From positions 128,495 to 192,494 of the forward strand of contig CBDVDR010000003.1 of the NCBI GenBank assembly GCA_965372795.1: DNA of 64,000 nt, read 5' to 3'. Positions within the stretch are counted from its first letter, which is position 1. Every line of letters starts with the position of its first letter. The notes under the pieces were generated by a model, which had not been told where the DNA came from, did not search any database, and saw only the letters and a program-made list of their open reading frames with translations. The translations under genes were made by a program, and so were the position numbers. Below are positions 52,166-62,456 of the stretch, piece after piece. This stretch comes from an uncultured bacterium. Lineage in GTDB: Bacteria; Zixibacteria; MSB-5A5; GN15; FEB-12.

Positions 52166-54418
52166 ATGATTCAAGGAATGAATACAGTTACAAAGAGGAT
52201 AATTTTTTCAGCAATTATTCTATTCCTGCTTTTAGCGCCAATTGCTTCAAATGCCGGAAATGCTGATCCCTATAAATATTCCCTGTGTGATATTCGGGTT
52301 TTGTATGTCTATGAAAACTCCGAACAAATTGACTGGGCTTCAATATTTTATCTTAATGATAAATATGGCTGTCGGGTGGATCTGTTAAATATCAAGCTGG
52401 GCTCTAAATTAGATAGAACCGCATCCGGAATTCCTGATAAAGAGATATATCTTAATGTCATAACAGTAAATGCTGATGATTCAAGCTGGACAAAAAAACT
52501 TGCCAAAGATCTTTTCACATCTCGAAAACCTGACATTGTAATATTTGGATCAGCCGCCAACAATCAAACCAAAGAATTTAAAAAATATATTCTGGAACTA
52601 AAGAAAACACCGAGAGAATATTTTGGGATTCGCAAAGTTTATGAATTTTCTAACAATCCCAAATCAGAACTCGAAAGCAACCGGCGTTCAATAACTCTAA
52701 GCCATCGTGAATTGTTGAATCGCTATCATGATAGAATAGAATACGAAGTCCCCAATTTATTCCCGTTTTATAAAATAGACGAATTTGGAAATAACAATCA
52801 AGGGCGGTACATCCTACTAAAGAATAATATCAGATCTGCTTTTGATGAAGTTGATTTTCTTTCCGGTCTTGAAAGAATCCGTTTGATAGATGCTATAAAT
52901 ACAATTTTTCAAGCCGGTCCAAAAAAGAGCACTCTTCATAAACAGGCAACAAGATTCATTTCATTTTTTAACCTGTCCCGTAACAGTATAAATCCGAAAA
53001 AAACTGAACTGTTAATTGATGGTTATCGTGAATTGGATAATCTTGTTCATGAGCAAAATTTTGGTGCCGAGGCAGAAGCGATAGTTGATTTTATTCCTTA
53101 TCTGAATGAATTATTCAATCGGGTTGAAAATGTCGTTTTAAATGTAATCGGTATAAATTGGGAAGGAAAAATATTCCTTCGTGATTCTCCTCATGGTCCC
53201 AAAGCGAAAATAAGAGTGATCCTATCGGTCGACAGCCCGCTTGATGTTAAATTAAGAAGATTAGTGTTCCACCCCTATTGGGATACTACCCGGGTTATGC
53301 TTAGTGATGAACCAATAAAAATATCACCGCATCAGAGTTTCGAAAGAGAATATCTGGTCGATATTGATCGTCAATACCTTGAAGCAAACCAGCCGGAATC
53401 ACTTCTTTTTTCAGCCGATATTATTTACCGTAAAAATATTATGACCTTTAGAAACAGCTTACCCGTTTGGGAGGCTCCTCACTTAAGCGTCAGTTTTATT
53501 CCTGATTTTCAATTTATACCGCCATTTAAACAACTTGAAATTGATCGCGTCGTTACATCAATGAGAGTTCGAGTCAATATTACCAAACCGAAAAATTTTG
53601 CAGATACGGTTAAACTGCATCTTGAAACTCCCCATGGTATGTTTGCCGGATCATATAAGTCTGTACATTACCTTGAAAAGGGAGTAACCCAGAAATCACT
53701 TAGCATACCATTTACAATTTCAAATCTATTCGAATTGGGAATCCAGCATCAGTATGTTAAATTAATTGTCGATAACCGCGAGATTGCAGTTGATACCGGA
53801 TTGATAAGGATTGCGTCCTGTAAAATAGCTGATAATGTCAAAGTAGGTTTTCTGCCGGACACCACCGGTTTGCTGGAAGATATTCTACGGATGACTGATG
53901 CTGCTTATCAACCCTTAACAGAACAAACATTACTGACCTATGATTTGAATGCTTACAATGTTATTGTTTTAGGTTCAGGGTCGTTTAGAAAATACCCCTC
54001 AATTCTAAGAATTAAAGGGCGGCTTGAAAATTATATTAGACAGGGTGGATCATTGGTTATTTTTGGTCAACCTGATGACTGGAGTGAGGGCGTTCTACCG
54101 GTCGGATTTGTTCCCGCCGAAGAATATGTTTCAAAAGATGAAATAGTGAATCGAATCCCAGAGGCGAGGGTTTTATCCGGCAAATATCCTGTGTCTGATA
54201 AAAATCTATTCTCTTCATTTTATAAAAAGAAAAAGGTGAATTCAGCCGTCATATCTCCGGCGGAAGTTGTCTACAAAACCCCAAGCGGGGGAGCTTTGCT
54301 TTCAATATCGAGAATCGGTGATGGACAGATAATTTATTGCGGTTTACCTCTGCTGGAAATGATTACCCGACTTGACATTGACGCCATTCATCTATTTGCA
54401 AATCTTTTGAACTATTGA
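52166..54418 (+). CDS. Large secreted or membrane-anchored protein of unknown function; the C-terminal ~190 aa look like a class-I glutamine-amidotransferase-like (ThuA/DUF4159-type) fold
   Basis: 750 aa. N-terminal signal (IIFSAIILFLLLAPIASNA). The C-terminal segment VKVGFLPDTTG...YNVIVLGSGSF...GGSLVIFGQPDDW has the beta-alpha-beta pattern of GATase1-like domains, but I did not recognise a catalytic Cys-His pair. Confidence 0.55.
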   Translation: MIQGMNTVTKRIIFSAIILFLLLAPIASNAGNADPYKYSLCDIRVLYVYENSEQIDWASIFYLNDKYGCRVDLLNIKLGSKLDRTASGIPDKEIYLNVITVNADDSSWTKKLAKDLFTSRKPDIVIFGSAANNQTKEFKKYILELKKTPREYFGIRKVYEFSNNPKSELESNRRSITLSHRELLNRYHDRIEYEVPNLFPFYKIDEFGNNNQGRYILLKNNIRSAFDEVDFLSGLERIRLIDAINTIFQAGPKKSTLHKQATRFISFFNLSRNSINPKKTELLIDGYRELDNLVHEQNFGAEAEAIVDFIPYLNELFNRVENVVLNVIGINWEGKIFLRDSPHGPKAKIRVILSVDSPLDVKLRRLVFHPYWDTTRVMLSDEPIKISPHQSFEREYLVDIDRQYLEANQPESLLFSADIIYRKNIMTFRNSLPVWEAPHLSVSFIPDFQFIPPFKQLEIDRVVTSMRVRVNITKPKNFADTVKLHLETPHGMFAGSYKSVHYLEKGVTQKSLSIPFTISNLFELGIQHQYVKLIVDNREIAVDTGLIRIASCKIADNVKVGFLPDTTGLLEDILRMTDAAYQPLTEQTLLTYDLNAYNVIVLGSGSFRKYPSILRIKGRLENYIRQGGSLVIFGQPDDWSEGVLPVGFVPAEEYVSKDEIVNRIPEARVLSGKYPVSDKNLFSSFYKKKKVNSAVISPAEVVYKTPSGGALLSISRIGDGQIIYCGLPLLEMITRLDIDAIHLFANLLNY

Positions 54419-54471
54419 TCTGATAGGTTGTTAAATTCTTAATAAGCGGAATTGATTTTTTTGGAATATAG

Positions 54472-56235
54472 ATGAAAGATAATAAAAACTCTGAACAACC
54501 GGCGCTCTTTTCTACCGTTACTAAATACTTTAAAAAATACCAACGCTATTTATATCTTGGTGGTATTACAATATTAGTATCTAATGCGTTGATGCTTTAC
54601 ACGCCGTATCTTACCAAAAAAATATTTGATGGACTTGAAGAGGATGCTCCTTTAAGTGAAATCAAAAACTATGTCTTGTTAATTATCGGGTTGACTATTG
54701 TTGGCGGTTTCTTTCGTTTTGGAATGAGACGCACTATTATCTGGATGTCTCGCTTTATTGAATATGATCTTCGCGATGAACTCATGGCACACCTTCTAAA
54801 ATTATCCCAGTCATTTTATCACCAGACCAGAACCGGTGATATCATGGCGCGATTGACAAACGATCTTGAGGCTGTTCGCCAGATGGTTGGTCCCGGGGTC
54901 ATGTATATTTCTGATTCAATTGTGAAACTGGTGATTGCTTTTTCAATGATGATCTATCTCTCACCGAAATTAACATTGTATGCGGCTATTCCATTAACGA
55001 TTTTACCGATTGCGGTAAACCTTGTGGCAAATATGCTTCATAAAAAATCGATGAAAATCCAGGAACAGTTCTCAACTCTTACGACTACGGCTCAGGAAAA
55101 TCTATCCGGTATCAGAGTTATCAAAGCTTATCAGCAGGAAGATCATGAAATAAATAACTTTGCCAAACATTCCTCAAAATATGTCGAACTAAATATGTCT
55201 CTGGCAAAACTTCAGGGTGTATTTATGCCGGTGATGCGTTTAACGGCGACTTTATCATATCTTGCCGTTTTCTTCTTCGGCGGACTGGCTGTGATTGATG
55301 GTGATATCAGTCTTGGTACGGTGGTTGCCTTTTTTGCATACCTCTCAATCGTCATGTGGCCTGTTATTGCTCTGGGATGGGTGCTGGCACTTTATCAAAG
55401 AGGTACCGCATCTTTAAAACGGATAAATAAAATTCTTCATACTGAACCGGAAATTGACGATAACAGCTCTCAATTGTACAATGAAAAAATGAACGGTGAT
55501 ATCGAATTTAGGAATTTACGTTTTAAATATAATGGTGACTATGTCCTTGACGGCATCAATTTAAAAATTAACGCCGGCCAATCGGTCGGAATTATCGGTA
55601 TGACCGGTTCAGGTAAAACCACGCTGGTATCGCTTCTCCCGCGCCTATTCCAGGTTGATAAAGGACAACTATTAATCGACAATATAGATATTACTGACTG
55701 GTCTTTAAAATCACTGCGAAGCCAGATCGGGTTTGCTACTCAGGAACCATTTTTGTTTTCAGATACAATTGCCAATAATATTCAGTTTGGACTGGATAAT
55801 AATGATGATGAAATGATGGCTTCTTCGGCTGATACAGCAGCCCTTTCAAAAGATATTCAAATGTTCCCCGATGGCTACGAAACTGTTGTAGGCGAGCGGG
55901 GGATCACATTGTCCGGGGGACAAAAACAAAGGACAGCCATAGCCCGAGCGATTGTCGTTGACCCATCTATTTTAATCCTTGATGATGCTACCAGTGCTGT
56001 TGATACCGAGACCGAACATGAAATCAATGACCGCATCAAAACGGTTCTAAAAGGCAGAACTTCCATAATTATTTCTCATCGGATTTCCGCGGTGAAAGAT
56101 ACTGATTTAATCATCTGTTTAGAAAATGGTAAAATTGAGGAACAGGGAACCCATGAAGAACTATTGCTGCAGAACGGTATTTATGCCGATCTGTATCGTT
56201 CGCAACTTCTTGAGATGGAGCTTGAAAACCTATAA
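54472..56235 (+). CDS. ABC exporter half-transporter (TMD-NBD, MsbA/MdlA-like), partner 1
   Basis: 587 aa. Six-TM N-terminal half, Walker A GMTGSGKTT, signature LSGGQKQR, Walker B ILILDDATSAVD. Confidence 0.9.
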   Translation: MKDNKNSEQPALFSTVTKYFKKYQRYLYLGGITILVSNALMLYTPYLTKKIFDGLEEDAPLSEIKNYVLLIIGLTIVGGFFRFGMRRTIIWMSRFIEYDLRDELMAHLLKLSQSFYHQTRTGDIMARLTNDLEAVRQMVGPGVMYISDSIVKLVIAFSMMIYLSPKLTLYAAIPLTILPIAVNLVANMLHKKSMKIQEQFSTLTTTAQENLSGIRVIKAYQQEDHEINNFAKHSSKYVELNMSLAKLQGVFMPVMRLTATLSYLAVFFFGGLAVIDGDISLGTVVAFFAYLSIVMWPVIALGWVLALYQRGTASLKRINKILHTEPEIDDNSSQLYNEKMNGDIEFRNLRFKYNGDYVLDGINLKINAGQSVGIIGMTGSGKTTLVSLLPRLFQVDKGQLLIDNIDITDWSLKSLRSQIGFATQEPFLFSDTIANNIQFGLDNNDDEMMASSADTAALSKDIQMFPDGYETVVGERGITLSGGQKQRTAIARAIVVDPSILILDDATSAVDTETEHEINDRIKTVLKGRTSIIISHRISAVKDTDLIICLENGKIEEQGTHEELLLQNGIYADLYRSQLLEMELENL

Positions 56236-58043
56236 TGGCAGTTAATAATTTCCATGAAGAAGAAGTCTTAGGAAAAGCCTACGATAGCCGCTTGATGAAA
56301 CGGTTGTTGAAGTATATCAAACCCTATAGTTGGCTGGTGGCTGCTTCGGTGGCAATTCTTCTGATGATGTCTTTTCTGCAAATATATATCGGCTTATTAA
56401 CTCGTGATGGTATTGATGGATTTGTTTTAACCGGAGATAAAGTTGGTTTTGTAACCATTGCGGTTAAATATTTAATAGTCCTGGTCATTGTTTTTATCGG
56501 TAGTTTTGGGCAAATATATCTAACAGCCCTGTTAGGTCAAAAAGTTCAACATGATATTCGTACTCAGGTGTTCAGTCATTTACAGCGCTTGCACCTCGGC
56601 TTCTATGATAAAAACCCCGTAGGCAGAATGGTTACGCGGGTTACCAATGATATCAATACTCTCAATGAACTGTTCTCATCCGGAGTAGTTGCCATCATCG
56701 GTGATGTCTTTATGCTGATCTTTATCGTAGCGGCTTTGTTATATTTGAACTGGCAACTGGCATTAATAACTTTTATCTCTGTCCCCATACTTTTGGTAGT
56801 CACATTTTTCTTCCGTTCCCGTGCCCGTGATGCCTACCGAATTGTTCGCTTGAAACTTGCCCACCTAAACTCATTCGTTCAGGAACATTTAACTGGAATA
56901 AATCTGGTTCAATTATTCAGCCGTGAGAAAAAAATATTTTCAGACTTTAATTCTATCAATAAAGATTTACGAAACCAGCATTTCAGGTCAGTCACTTATT
57001 ATGCCATATTTTTCCCAACTGTTGAAATTATCGGGGCTATCTCGGTCGGCTTGTTGTTGTATTATGGCGGAATTCGTATTAGCGGAGAAACGCTGACTTT
57101 TGGTGAATTGGTTGCCTTTATGTATCTGGTCGAATTATTTTTCCGTCCTATCCGTGATCTATCCGAGAAGTATAACATCCTCCAGGCTTCAATGGCATCA
57201 TCCGAACGAATATTCAATTTACTCGATACTCCGCCGGGTATAGTTAATAAGCCGGATATCAAACCAATCGAAAAGTTTAATGGCAAGCTTGAGTTCAAAA
57301 ATCTTTGGTTCGCCTATAATGATGAAAAATGGGTGCTTCGCGATGTCAGCTTTACCGTTAACCCCGGTGAGAAAGTTGCCGTCGTTGGTGCTACCGGTGC
57401 TGGAAAAACCTCACTGATATCACTTCTATATCGTTTCTATGAATATCAAAAAGGAACTATTTCACTTGATGGGGTCGACCTGAAAGATTTCCCGGTTGAA
57501 AAACTTCGATCTCATCTTGGCTTAGTCATGCAGGATGTTTTCCTGTTCCAGGGCGATTATCGCAGTAATGTTCGCTTGCGTAGTGAAGAAATTTCAGACG
57601 AAGAAATAAAAAAAGCCTTAACTCGGGTAGGCTTTGATCGGTTTTTGAAAAACCTTCCCGATGGTATAAATACTTCCGTTAAAGAACGCGGTGCGACCCT
57701 TTCAACCGGCCAAAAACAACTTCTCTCATTTGCCCGGGCTTTGGCATTTGATCCTGATATTTTAATTCTTGATGAAGCGACCAGTTCGGTTGATACTGAA
57801 ACCGAGCGATTAATTCAACAGGCACTTGAAGAACTTATGAAAGACCGTACTTCTATTATTATTGCCCACCGACTTTCGACCATTGAGAAGGCTGATAAAA
57901 TTATTGTCCTCCACCATGGTGAGATGCGTGAAATCGGCAAACATAAAGAACTGCTTGAAAAGAAAGGGATATATTATAAATTGTATCTCATGCAGTTTAA
58001 AAACCAGATTATGGAAAAATCCATGCCTTCGGTTTCAAATTAA
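56235..58043 (+). CDS. ABC exporter half-transporter (TMD-NBD, MdlB-like), partner 2
   Basis: 602 aa. Walker A GATGAGKTS, degenerate-looking signature LSTGQKQL, Walker B ILILDEATSSVD. The start overlaps the stop of partner 1 (ATAATG), which suggests a heterodimer. Confidence 0.9.
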   Translation: MAVNNFHEEEVLGKAYDSRLMKRLLKYIKPYSWLVAASVAILLMMSFLQIYIGLLTRDGIDGFVLTGDKVGFVTIAVKYLIVLVIVFIGSFGQIYLTALLGQKVQHDIRTQVFSHLQRLHLGFYDKNPVGRMVTRVTNDINTLNELFSSGVVAIIGDVFMLIFIVAALLYLNWQLALITFISVPILLVVTFFFRSRARDAYRIVRLKLAHLNSFVQEHLTGINLVQLFSREKKIFSDFNSINKDLRNQHFRSVTYYAIFFPTVEIIGAISVGLLLYYGGIRISGETLTFGELVAFMYLVELFFRPIRDLSEKYNILQASMASSERIFNLLDTPPGIVNKPDIKPIEKFNGKLEFKNLWFAYNDEKWVLRDVSFTVNPGEKVAVVGATGAGKTSLISLLYRFYEYQKGTISLDGVDLKDFPVEKLRSHLGLVMQDVFLFQGDYRSNVRLRSEEISDEEIKKALTRVGFDRFLKNLPDGINTSVKERGATLSTGQKQLLSFARALAFDPDILILDEATSSVDTETERLIQQALEELMKDRTSIIIAHRLSTIEKADKIIVLHHGEMREIGKHKELLEKKGIYYKLYLMQFKNQIMEKSMPSVSN

Positions 58044-58054
58044 ATATTAAAAAT

Positions 58055-58849
58055 ATGAAAATGAAAAGTATTACAAATAAAGAAATAAAAGAATTCAGAG
58101 AATTCGCAGCCCAATCCGCTATTGGGGCTGGTAAGATTTTAAAAAAAGGTTTTAAACTTCCTAAAAAAACAGTCTACAAAGGACGCATTGATCCCGTTAC
58201 ACAATTTGATCTGAAATCTGAAAAATATATTGTTGATCAAATAAATAAAAAATATCCGGATCATACAATTTTAGCAGAAGAAGGAAGCGGCAACAAACAA
58301 AACTCTGCTTTCAGATGGATTATTGACCCGCTTGATGGAACCGTAAACTTTGCCCATGGATTTCCTGTCTATTCTGTTTCGATTGCCCTTGAATATAATG
58401 ATAAAATTATCGCCGGTGCCGTATTTGATCCCGAACGAAATGAACTTTTTAAAGCCGGAATCGGCAGTGGTTCATTTTTAAATGATAAAAAAATATCGGT
58501 ATCTACAGAATCAAAACTGAACCGCGCTTTACTTGCCACCGGATTTTCTTATGATGTTGCCACCGTCAGGAAAAATAATCTGGGACATTTTGCTAAAATG
58601 GTAAAAACAGCTCAGGCAGTAAGACGAGCCGGTTCCGCGGCAATCGATCTCTGTTGGCTTTCGTGTGGACGGATTGACGGGTTTTGGGAATTTTACCTTC
58701 ACCCTTGGGATACTGCTGCTGCGGTTTTGATAATAAAAGAAGCTGGTGGCAGGATTTCAAAAATCGATGGCAGTAAATATTCCATTTTCGACCGGGAAAT
58801 TTTGGCAAGTAACTCAAAATTGCACAATAAGATTGCCGGCGCCCTATAA
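58055..58849 (+). CDS. Inositol monophosphatase family protein (SuhB-like)
   Basis: 264 aa. ILAEEG, WIIDPLDGTVNFAHG and the WDTAA motifs. Confidence 0.85.
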   Translation: MKMKSITNKEIKEFREFAAQSAIGAGKILKKGFKLPKKTVYKGRIDPVTQFDLKSEKYIVDQINKKYPDHTILAEEGSGNKQNSAFRWIIDPLDGTVNFAHGFPVYSVSIALEYNDKIIAGAVFDPERNELFKAGIGSGSFLNDKKISVSTESKLNRALLATGFSYDVATVRKNNLGHFAKMVKTAQAVRRAGSAAIDLCWLSCGRIDGFWEFYLHPWDTAAAVLIIKEAGGRISKIDGSKYSIFDREILASNSKLHNKIAGAL

Positions 58850-58960
58850 GTTGTTGTCGGGCTAGGGCATACAGTTGCTGTAAGGGCTTGTATAATTATT
58901 CATAAAAGAGTATAATGAAATACAGTAAAATCTATTTTAATTTTATTCGATAAAGAGTAT

Positions 58961-60319
58961 ATGGGAAACAAAATTCTAATAAAATCGACATCCGGTGTCA
59001 GGGGTATTATCGGAAACGGACTTGACCCTCAAATAGTAGTTTGCTATGGAGCTGCTTTTGGGACCTTTCTCAAAAAGGGTAAAGTAGTAGTTGGGCGCGA
59101 CAGCCGGCCATCGGGTGAGATGATCAAAAATGCTGTTATTGCTGGCTTGATGTCGGCCGGTATAGATGTCATTGATCTTGGTGTAGTGCCAACCCCAACC
59201 GTTGAAATTGCCGTTAAAGGATTAAAAGCCAGGGGCGGGATTTGTGTTACTGCCTCACATAATCCATCCGAATGGAATGCCTTGAAATTTTTTAACGCTG
59301 CCGGTGAATTTATAACCCCCGCAGAATATAAAAAACTCAATAAAATTTATGAGAGTGAAAAGTACGCTTATCAACCGGTTTCAAAACTTGGTAAAATTTC
59401 TTATCAGAATCATTGGGTTGATGAACATATTAAAAAAGTTTTAAAGATAAAAACTATTAGACCGGCTTTGATAAAACGGAGAAAATTTAAAGTTGTCGTG
59501 GATGCTATCAACAGTGCCGGATCGGTAGCCCTGCCGGAAATGCTTGAAAAACTGGGCGCCAAAGTTATTAGAATAAATTGCGATGGCTCCGGTAAATTTG
59601 TTCATGGCGCTGAACCGATAGCAAAAAATTTGACCCAGCTATGCAAAGCTGTAAAAAAACATAAAGCCGATTTAGGCATGGCGTGTGACCCGGATGCTGA
59701 TAGATTAGCATTGGTTGATGAAAATGGAAATGCAATAGGGGAAGAATTGACCCTGACTATCGCCGTCAAACAAGTCCTTAAGAAAAGCCGTAGAAATGTT
59801 GTAATCAATCTTTCGACATCAAATGTTACGGCTGATATTGTCCGTGAAGCAAAAGCCAAACTGATCTATTCAAAAGTCGGTGAAGCGAATGTTGTCCAAA
59901 TGATGCATAAGAAAAAAGCTATAATAGGCGGAGAAGGAAACGGCGGAGTAATCTATCCGGAATGTCATGCCGGTAGAGATTCGCTGGTTGGTGCCGCATT
60001 AGTGCTTGGCTGTCTGGCCGAAGAAAAAATTTCCCTCACAAAATTGGTTGAAACCTTTCCTGTTTATTACAATATAAAGACCAAAGCAAAACTTCCGGCA
60101 AGTTTTCAAAATAAAATTAAAAGAATTGAAAAAGATGCTGTTCATCTTTTTGGAAAAACAAAAATTGACAGACGTGATGGCTTACGTTTTGATTTCGATC
60201 AAGGCTGGCTTCAGATAAGAACTTCAAATACCGAACCGATTTATCGACTGATTGTTGAAACATCTGATAAAAATCTCACGAATCGTCTGTTAAAAAAAGT
60301 TCATAACTTTTTAAAATAA
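58961..60319 (+). CDS. Phosphohexomutase (alpha-D-phosphohexomutase superfamily; GlmM/ManB-like, possibly phosphoglucosamine mutase given adjacency to glmS)
   Basis: 452 aa. Active-site loop TASHNPSEWNALKF, metal loop DPDADR, sugar loop GGEGNGG. Confidence 0.85.
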   Translation: MGNKILIKSTSGVRGIIGNGLDPQIVVCYGAAFGTFLKKGKVVVGRDSRPSGEMIKNAVIAGLMSAGIDVIDLGVVPTPTVEIAVKGLKARGGICVTASHNPSEWNALKFFNAAGEFITPAEYKKLNKIYESEKYAYQPVSKLGKISYQNHWVDEHIKKVLKIKTIRPALIKRRKFKVVVDAINSAGSVALPEMLEKLGAKVIRINCDGSGKFVHGAEPIAKNLTQLCKAVKKHKADLGMACDPDADRLALVDENGNAIGEELTLTIAVKQVLKKSRRNVVINLSTSNVTADIVREAKAKLIYSKVGEANVVQMMHKKKAIIGGEGNGGVIYPECHAGRDSLVGAALVLGCLAEEKISLTKLVETFPVYYNIKTKAKLPASFQNKIKRIEKDAVHLFGKTKIDRRDGLRFDFDQGWLQIRTSNTEPIYRLIVETSDKNLTNRLLKKVHNFLK

Positions 60320-60333
60320 CGGTTGGATTAATT

Positions 60334-62163
60334 ATGTGTGGAATAGTTGGATATGTAGGACACAAACAAGCAATACCTATTTTAATGAGCGGTCTAAAAA
60401 GACTTGAGTATCGCGGGTATGATTCCTCAGGAATCGCATTGCTTTCCAAAGATAGTTTAATGGTCGCAAAAACTGCCGGCAAAATTGTTCGGCTTGAAGA
60501 AGCTATCAAAGATATTGAACAAAATTGTTGTTATCACGGTATCGCTCATACCAGATGGGCTACTCATGGCGAACCGACAACGCTGAATGCGCACCCTCAT
60601 ACTGATAATAAAGAAGAGATCGCACTGGTGCATAATGGTATCATTGAAAATTACAGAGCCTTGAGTCAATTTCTCAAAGGACAGGGTTTCGTAATTAATA
60701 CTGACACCGACACTGAAATTCTTGTCCACCTGATTCGCTTTAATTACAAAGGCAATCTTACCGATGCGGTCAGAAGAGCCTTAACTCAAGTTGAAGGGAC
60801 CTATGGCATAGCGGTTATCTCTTCGCTTCATCCGGGCGTCATTGTTGCCTCAAGGATGGGTTCACCACTGGTTATTGGACAGGGTGACAAAGAAAATTTT
60901 GTTGCTTCCGATGTGTCTGCGATGCTTGAGCACACCAACAAGGTTGTTTATCTCGATGATGGAGAAATCGCAACGGTCACTGCCGATAGTTTTAGTATCA
61001 CAACCATTCGCAATGAACAGATTGAACCGCAGGTTCAGGAAATTACCTGGAAACTTGATGAAATCGAAAAAGCCGGCTACGAACATTTTATGCTCAAAGA
61101 GATTCATGAACAACCGATTACTCTTCGCAATGCTTTTCGGGGTCGCTTAAATTTTGAAGATGGTATAACCCGCCTCGATGGTCTTAATCTCCAATATGAA
61201 GAACTACGAAAAATTAAACGTATTCTCTTTACCGCCTGCGGAACTTCATGGCATGCTGCTCTTATAGGAGAATACCTTATTGAAGAACTGGCTCGAATTC
61301 CGGTTGAAGTGGAATATGCTTCCGAGTTTCGATATCGCTCACCGATAATTGATGACCAAACAATTCTTTACGCTATTAGTCAATCCGGTGAAACAGCCGA
61401 TACTCTGGCTGCTATGCGGGAAGCAAAAAACCATGGTGCAACTTCGTTGGGTCTGGTTAATGTTGTCGGGTCAACCATTGCTCGTGAATCCGATGGCGGA
61501 GTTTATATTCATGCCGGTCCTGAAATCGGAGTCGCCTCAACCAAAGCCTTTACCTCCCAGGTCATGGTTCTTTCACTGGTTGCTACTTTGTTAGGAAGGA
61601 TGCGTCAGCTTTCGGTTCCACAAGGTCGGGAATTAATTCAACATATTGAAAAAATTCCGGATCAAGTCGAGTCTATTCTGCAACGTGGAAAACAGATCGA
61701 AAAAATTGCCGAGCAATATTATAAATCGAATAACTTCCTATATCTTGGACGGGGAATCAATTTCCCGGTTGCCCTTGAAGGCGCCTTGAAACTTAAAGAG
61801 ATTTCATATATCCATGCCGAAGGGTATCCGGCGGCAGAGATGAAACATGGTCCCATCGCTTTGATCGATGAAAACATGCCGGTCGTTGTAATAGCGTTAA
61901 AAGATCCTGTCTATGATAAAGTGATGTCAAACATTGCTGAAGTTCGCGCCAGAAATGGACGCGTGATTGCAATCGCCACCGAAGGTGATACTGAAATTGC
62001 CGAACGGGTGAACGATGTCATTTATATCCCACAAACCTCTCGATTACTGACACCATTGCTTTCGATAATCCCGCTTCAACTTTTGGCTTATTATATCGCG
62101 GTGATGCGAGGCTGTAACGTTGACCAACCTCGTAATCTGGCAAAATCAGTTACGGTCGAATAA
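60334..62163 (+). CDS. glmS: Glutamine--fructose-6-phosphate aminotransferase
   Basis: 609 aa. N-terminal nucleophile MCGIVGYVG, two SIS domains, C-terminus NLAKSVTVE. Confidence 0.95.
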   Translation: MCGIVGYVGHKQAIPILMSGLKRLEYRGYDSSGIALLSKDSLMVAKTAGKIVRLEEAIKDIEQNCCYHGIAHTRWATHGEPTTLNAHPHTDNKEEIALVHNGIIENYRALSQFLKGQGFVINTDTDTEILVHLIRFNYKGNLTDAVRRALTQVEGTYGIAVISSLHPGVIVASRMGSPLVIGQGDKENFVASDVSAMLEHTNKVVYLDDGEIATVTADSFSITTIRNEQIEPQVQEITWKLDEIEKAGYEHFMLKEIHEQPITLRNAFRGRLNFEDGITRLDGLNLQYEELRKIKRILFTACGTSWHAALIGEYLIEELARIPVEVEYASEFRYRSPIIDDQTILYAISQSGETADTLAAMREAKNHGATSLGLVNVVGSTIARESDGGVYIHAGPEIGVASTKAFTSQVMVLSLVATLLGRMRQLSVPQGRELIQHIEKIPDQVESILQRGKQIEKIAEQYYKSNNFLYLGRGINFPVALEGALKLKEISYIHAEGYPAAEMKHGPIALIDENMPVVVIALKDPVYDKVMSNIAEVRARNGRVIAIATEGDTEIAERVNDVIYIPQTSRLLTPLLSIIPLQLLAYYIAVMRGCNVDQPRNLAKSVTVE

Positions 62164-62164
62164 G

Positions 62165-62190
62165 TGGCAAAGCCACTTTAAATTTTTTAT
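62165..62190 (+). terminator. Small hairpin plus T-rich tract directly after the glmS stop
   Basis: GTGGC-AAA-GCCAC followed by TTTAAATTTTTT. The stem is only 5 bp. Confidence 0.45.
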
Positions 62191-62213
62191 AAGTTATTTA
62201 TTTTATCGTAGCT

Positions 62214-62246
62214 TAGGTCTCTCTTCTCTTGGAGACCTGAGTTTTT
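62214..62246 (+). terminator. Second hairpin plus T5 after glmS
   Basis: AGGTCTC (62214-62220) pairs with GAGACCT (62232-62238), followed by GAGTTTTT. Confidence 0.5.
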
Positions 62247-62250
62247 CAAA

Positions 62251-62456
62251 TTGCTTTGCCAGCTAGCCTTGATCGTATTAAAGTAAATGAAATTATTCTA
62301 CAAGACTCATGCTTAATCTACTTTTGATTTATATAAAACTGGCTATGCCAGCTAACCTTGATCGTATTAAAATAAATTTTAGTTTGGTTAAACTTGTTAA
62401 TCCTAATCTACTTTTAATTTATATAAAACTGGCTATGCCAGCTAGCCTTGATCGAC
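62251..62456. repeat. Three copies, spaced ~90 bp, of a 35-60 nt element with core TGGCTATGCCAGCTA(R)CCTTGATCG; the third copy supplies the last codons and stop of the ACAD gene
   Basis: The GCCAG of the core is at 62258, 62347 and 62437. Copies 2 and 3 share the left arm TAATCTACTTTT(R)ATTTATATAAAAC. Copies 1 and 2 share the right arm TATTAAA(R)TAAAT. Each core holds the hairpin CTGGC-TAT-GCCAG (degenerate in copy 1). Read on the minus strand, the hairpin is followed by TTTTATATAAAT. Confidence 0.8.
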
